Shown: positions 60,184 through 64,000 of the stretch, piece after piece
Numbering within the stretch: position 1 is the first letter of the stretch
How the letters are laid out: each line of letters starts with the position of its first letter
NCBI GenBank assembly: GCA_964187785.1
Contig: OZ076415.1
Location: 57,474,001 to 57,538,000, forward strand
Length of the DNA stretch: 64,000 bases
DNA from: Amphiscolops sp. MND2022
Lineage: Eukaryota
Direction of reading: 5' to 3'
Notes under the pieces: generated by a model
What the model saw: only the letters and a program-made list of their open reading frames with translations
Database searches by the model: none
Told to the model about the DNA's origin: nothing
Made by a program: the position numbers and the translations under genes

Positions 60184-60434
60184 CTGGCAACGCCCATTTA
60201 CAATGTCAAAACCATTACAAAAAGGGAAGTTAAGAATGACATGATGATCCAAACCACTGATCCTTAGGAAAGTGTTTTGTTTTTACAGCAATTTTTATGG
60301 CAGATTCTTTGTGTTCAAAAAAATTTCTCCTTTTACTCTGAAATTGACGTGCTGATTTTTTCATCTTTTTGTGAAAAAACAAAAGCTTAACTTTTGGTTT
60401 GGAGCTCAGTTACTTGATATGCTAAGAAATGAAC

Positions 60435-60601
60435 CTGTAGTCGTGTGAAAGAAGTTCTGGGCTTTTTCCTCTTCATGATGGGAGGTCCCACTCCAAAGTT
60501 CTGACTGCCCCCCATCAGGGGGTTAGCGGGGTGGTGGTCTCGCCAGTTGGGGGTAGCCGATCCACTGACGGGTGAGAACTCCGACAGAAAAGACGACGCG
60601 G
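60435..60601 (-). CDS. TLX: Tlx coding exon 3 (Trp motif and homeodomain N-terminal arm)
   Basis: AASSFLSE..TPNWRD..KRKKPRTSFTRLQ; [19 protein letters not shown] is the TLX signature. Confidence 0.92.
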
Positions 60602-61361
60602 CTGAAAGAACATTCATCCGAATTGTACGTCATTCGAAACATACGCTGTAAAACGGACCCGGAGTGGCAACAGGTCAACACGATAATGCTCTCAAATTAT
60701 TTTGATAGTCTGCTGGAAAGATTGTTCACCTCAATCCTTGTTATTTCAACAGTGGGAAACTTAACTCTTGATAAAATTCCTTTTTTGGAAATCGAAAAAT
60801 GTTTGGAAAGCTTCGAAAGGTGATACGATATATCGACTATAAATGAATACAAGTTTTGACATCGCTAAACGGCTATTTTCAAAATCGCTATTTCGCCGAA
60901 AAACTTTTTCTTCAATCTATTTAATGTTTGAATTCAAGAATGTTTTAAATTCAAACGATAACTATTCAATTTTTGCAAGAAAAAACACTAGAATTTTTAT
61001 ACTGTGTTGATTTTACACATAAAGAGTTTTTCGAAATTGATTGTGCAACTCTTTGTATTTTCCGAGGGAGTTTTGAATTTGGATGATCTATTAATTACCG
61101 CTAATTTGAATCGCTGATAGAATTGCTGAAAAATTCAGCTCGTCCGCTAATTCGCTACATCGCTGATTAGCGGTGTCAAAACACTGAAAATAACCCGTGT
61201 ATTCAAAAAGCCAAAGCTTACCCAGTCTTGGGAGTAACAGTGACAGGAAAGCCTCCTTTCAAATAGGAAGTTGACTATGAAAAACGCTCTAGAGAATGGT
61301 TTGAAAATATGACAGGGCCACTGCGCTTCTTAGTTTTACGTAATAGGAATCCGATGATTAC

Positions 61362-61556
61362 CCTGATGTGTGTGGCCTGTTGTGTGTTGTCTGAAGGAGC
61401 TGCCCCCCGTGGGACTCTTGAAGGACGAGCAGGAGGAGGGGGAGGCCCCGTTGGAAAGCAACGAGGGCATGTAGGAGTGGGGGGCCGAGTATGAGGGGTA
61501 GTTTGAAGAGGGGATCTTGCCACATGACCCACCCGAGTTTGAAGTTACGTTCACTA
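61362..61556 (-). CDS. TLX: Tlx coding exon 2 (Ser/Gly/Pro-rich)
   Basis: TTTTTAG| acceptor and |GTAATC donor give phase 1/1, compatible with exons 1 and 3. Confidence 0.7.
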
Positions 61557-62145
61557 CTAAAAACCAAACCAAATCTCAATCCTATCCAATATTGATCCGA
61601 TATTCGCGAGTAAGTTGTACAAAGCTTAATATTTTTCCAATTCTGATGCTCATTTAAGGGTATGCTTCCCAAGTTTTTCATGTCATTTTTGCTGAGTGAT
61701 CTGCGGTTAAACGTATAAAATTGCTTGTCCAAACGGCTCAGGGTAGAGCGATTATAATTGTTTCCATTTTTCATTTTGACAGCTATCGATGTCCGTTTAG
61801 TTCACATGTGATTTCTCAAACTAAACAAACTGGGAACGGCCCAAATAAGGTTCAAAAAGTTGCATAGAATCAATACTAGAGCAAATTTGGAAACTGGAGC
61901 CATGAGAAAAGAATCAAAAATAGATTTTAAACAATTAATTAGTTCAGAAATTTTTCTGCTCTACTAAAGAAAATTTTTCCGGAACGCTGAAGCCAGCAAT
62001 TCACACTTTCGAAGCTAGTTAATCCAGAATAGGTAAAAGAAATGAAATTTATGTGACCCACTTTCCGGTAAAAGTTTAACCAAATTAAGTTTAAGTGTAA
62101 AAAGGAGAAAATTGAATAAGTTTTATGTTGTTTTGTCTCACTTAC

Positions 62146-62641
62146 GTGAAAGAAGTTTGTCGCGTACTGTTTTTTGCTGGTTCAAAATGTTGGATGGTAC
62201 AAAAGAGTTGGCCCATTGGTTTGAAGAAGGGATGTGGCTGTTAAGTGGCGATGCTAAGTTGGCACTGGCTGCAACCAGAGCCGCTTCCAGCTGAAACTGT
62301 GCCAGATTAGCCAGAATCTGTTGGGTGGTGGTTGAACTTTTGTCCAGAAATTCGCTGCTTTGCTTATCGTGTTTAGGCGAAGGCGATGTTCTCAGTGAAC
62401 AATTTCTCAAATCCTTGCTTTCTGGATCAGATTTTTGGTCCTCTGGGTGAAGCTTGAAGGTCCTGTTTTGGTTTGGAGCGTTGGGTTCTTTCAGATCCGA
62501 GATATCCCTGGCTTCGGAATCCAGAGATTCTAGTTCAGAGGGTGTTTTGAGTTCGATTCCTGGTGGTAAAAAGGCGGCTTTCGATTCCTGGTGTTTTTTG
62601 GCACAGTTTAGTAAGTTAACAATTCCAAACTTGAGAGACAT
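62146..62641 (-). CDS. TLX: Tlx coding exon 1 with eh1/TN repressor motif
   Basis: The ATG at 62641 begins MSLKFGIVNLLN (eh1-like) and the exon ends at a |GTAAGT donor. The five exons sum to 1251 nt, a 416-aa open frame plus stop. Confidence 0.8.
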
Positions 62642-64000
62642 CTTTGTGGAAGCGAGGCGAGGCGAGGCGAGGAGTGAAAGAAGCAGACGGTTTATGGACT
62701 GGTGCGTGAACAGATTTGGACTTAGGGCGAACAAGAAGTGAGGATGAATAGTAGTTAATTGATTGGCTGTGTTTTGGTGAAATTGGATTGTTTTTAGTAG
62801 ACAGTTAATGGCCGAGATTTGGAAAAATCTCAATTTATTTCCAGTTGCTCTCAGGGATTGTGAGGAGAATTAGGTCGATGTAAATTGCTAGTCGCGAAGT
62901 GTTCAATCAACGTGTCTAAATAATTAGTAATAACAAGGTTTATAGTTTATAGTCCTTTTCTGGGATCGGAAACAGGTAGCAGCGATTCATCACTGGGCCC
63001 GCCGCCGCTAATCGTAATTTGCCACTAGTGCAAGCGGTCTCCGAGACACCTGTTTTATTTTAAGTTTACATGATTGATATTATTTAATTTGTGTGTTAAC
63101 AGCGCTTGTGCGGAAATTGCCCTCTTAGGAATTTGACAAAATTAACTCAGCTTCGGTGAAGATTGATGATTAAATCAACTGGGGGGCTCCATCCTAATAG
63201 CCATTCCTCCCCCGCAGGATATGCCACGCGGGTGATCCACTCATCATTCCTTTGTAACTTAACTTTCCTCATACTTCTACTCTCTACAATGTATCTATTG
63301 TGTGTAGTAGTACATTTATACATAGGTTGAGGGGGTCCTTGCTTGCAACAACAAAAACAACTTTAATCCCCTCCTCAATTTCACCCCTCCTCTGTTTTTT
63401 CCTGTTGCTTTTCCCTCGCCTAATTTCGTTCGTGTTCACGCCTCATTGAACTCTCCCGACGTCTATTACACACATACTTAACCTGCCAAACACTTAACAC
63501 ATTAATACATCAATTCATTTGCTTGCTTATTACGTAATCATTTTCCAGCATCATTTCCTAAACCGGTTTCCTCATTTTTGTCGTTATTGTTGTCTTAACG
63601 CTGCTTAATAACTGGAACTAAGTCCGCCTTGAGTTTTCCTCTGGAAAACAATTTCTCACTTGCTAAGGGACTAATCTTTTTTCGCAAATACCTCGAGAAA
63701 GATTTATGGTTTTCATTTTTTCTCTCAGAAAAGTTCAACATTTTTCAGGGTAGTATTTTTATCATAGCCCCTTCTTATCATAACATAAACTTTATTTCTA
63801 CCACCTCGTATATCTTTTTCTCAAGTCGTACAAACCAAACGGGGTTCTATATGTCGGAACAGGAAGCGAAATACCTTGTAAATCATTAGATGTAATAAAT
63901 TATAAATGATTACATTATCCCCCCTCGTCCTGTAAGTGGACTGTACGTTGTGTGATACGCTTCACCATACCTGGCTGATCCCAACTTTGGTGTTTAGACA

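Noticed and set aside
60016-60252. ORF-track N-terminus [11 protein letters not shown].. and C-terminus [10 protein letters not shown] as part of the homeoprotein
   Set aside because: These lie in introns; splice sites at 60183 and 60050 give the canonical TLX sequence.

Overview
AT-rich invertebrate (metazoan) genomic DNA with short GT-AG introns and dense repeats; no prokaryotic features, CRISPR arrays or rRNA. Three host genes are recognisable: a UBXN4/erasin-like UBX gene (only its 3' exon is resolvable), a single-exon ALYREF/THOC4-like mRNA export adaptor, and a five-exon Tlx (HOX11-family) homeobox gene on the minus strand (62641 to 55240). The first ~22 kb is a co-oriented minus-strand cluster that looks like a decayed giant CACTA/EnSpm-type DNA transposon with cargo: a spliced BEN-domain gene (plus a partial duplicate), a Suv4-20-like SET histone methyltransferase, the DDE transposase, and intron-containing SGNH/GDSL hydrolase genes. 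Two of the hydrolase genes have been amplified together into a ~12-copy, ~1.09-kb tandem array. The rest holds a Penelope-like retroelement with unusual extras (upstream SGNH-like ORF, PHD finger inside the RT, hammerhead-like motifs at both ends), two LINEs (one with an in-frame TGA-CTG ORF1/ORF2 junction), about ten copies of a Helentron/DINE-1-like non-autonomous family, tRNA-derived fragments and a minisatellite. All domain calls are by eye from motifs; no database search was run.
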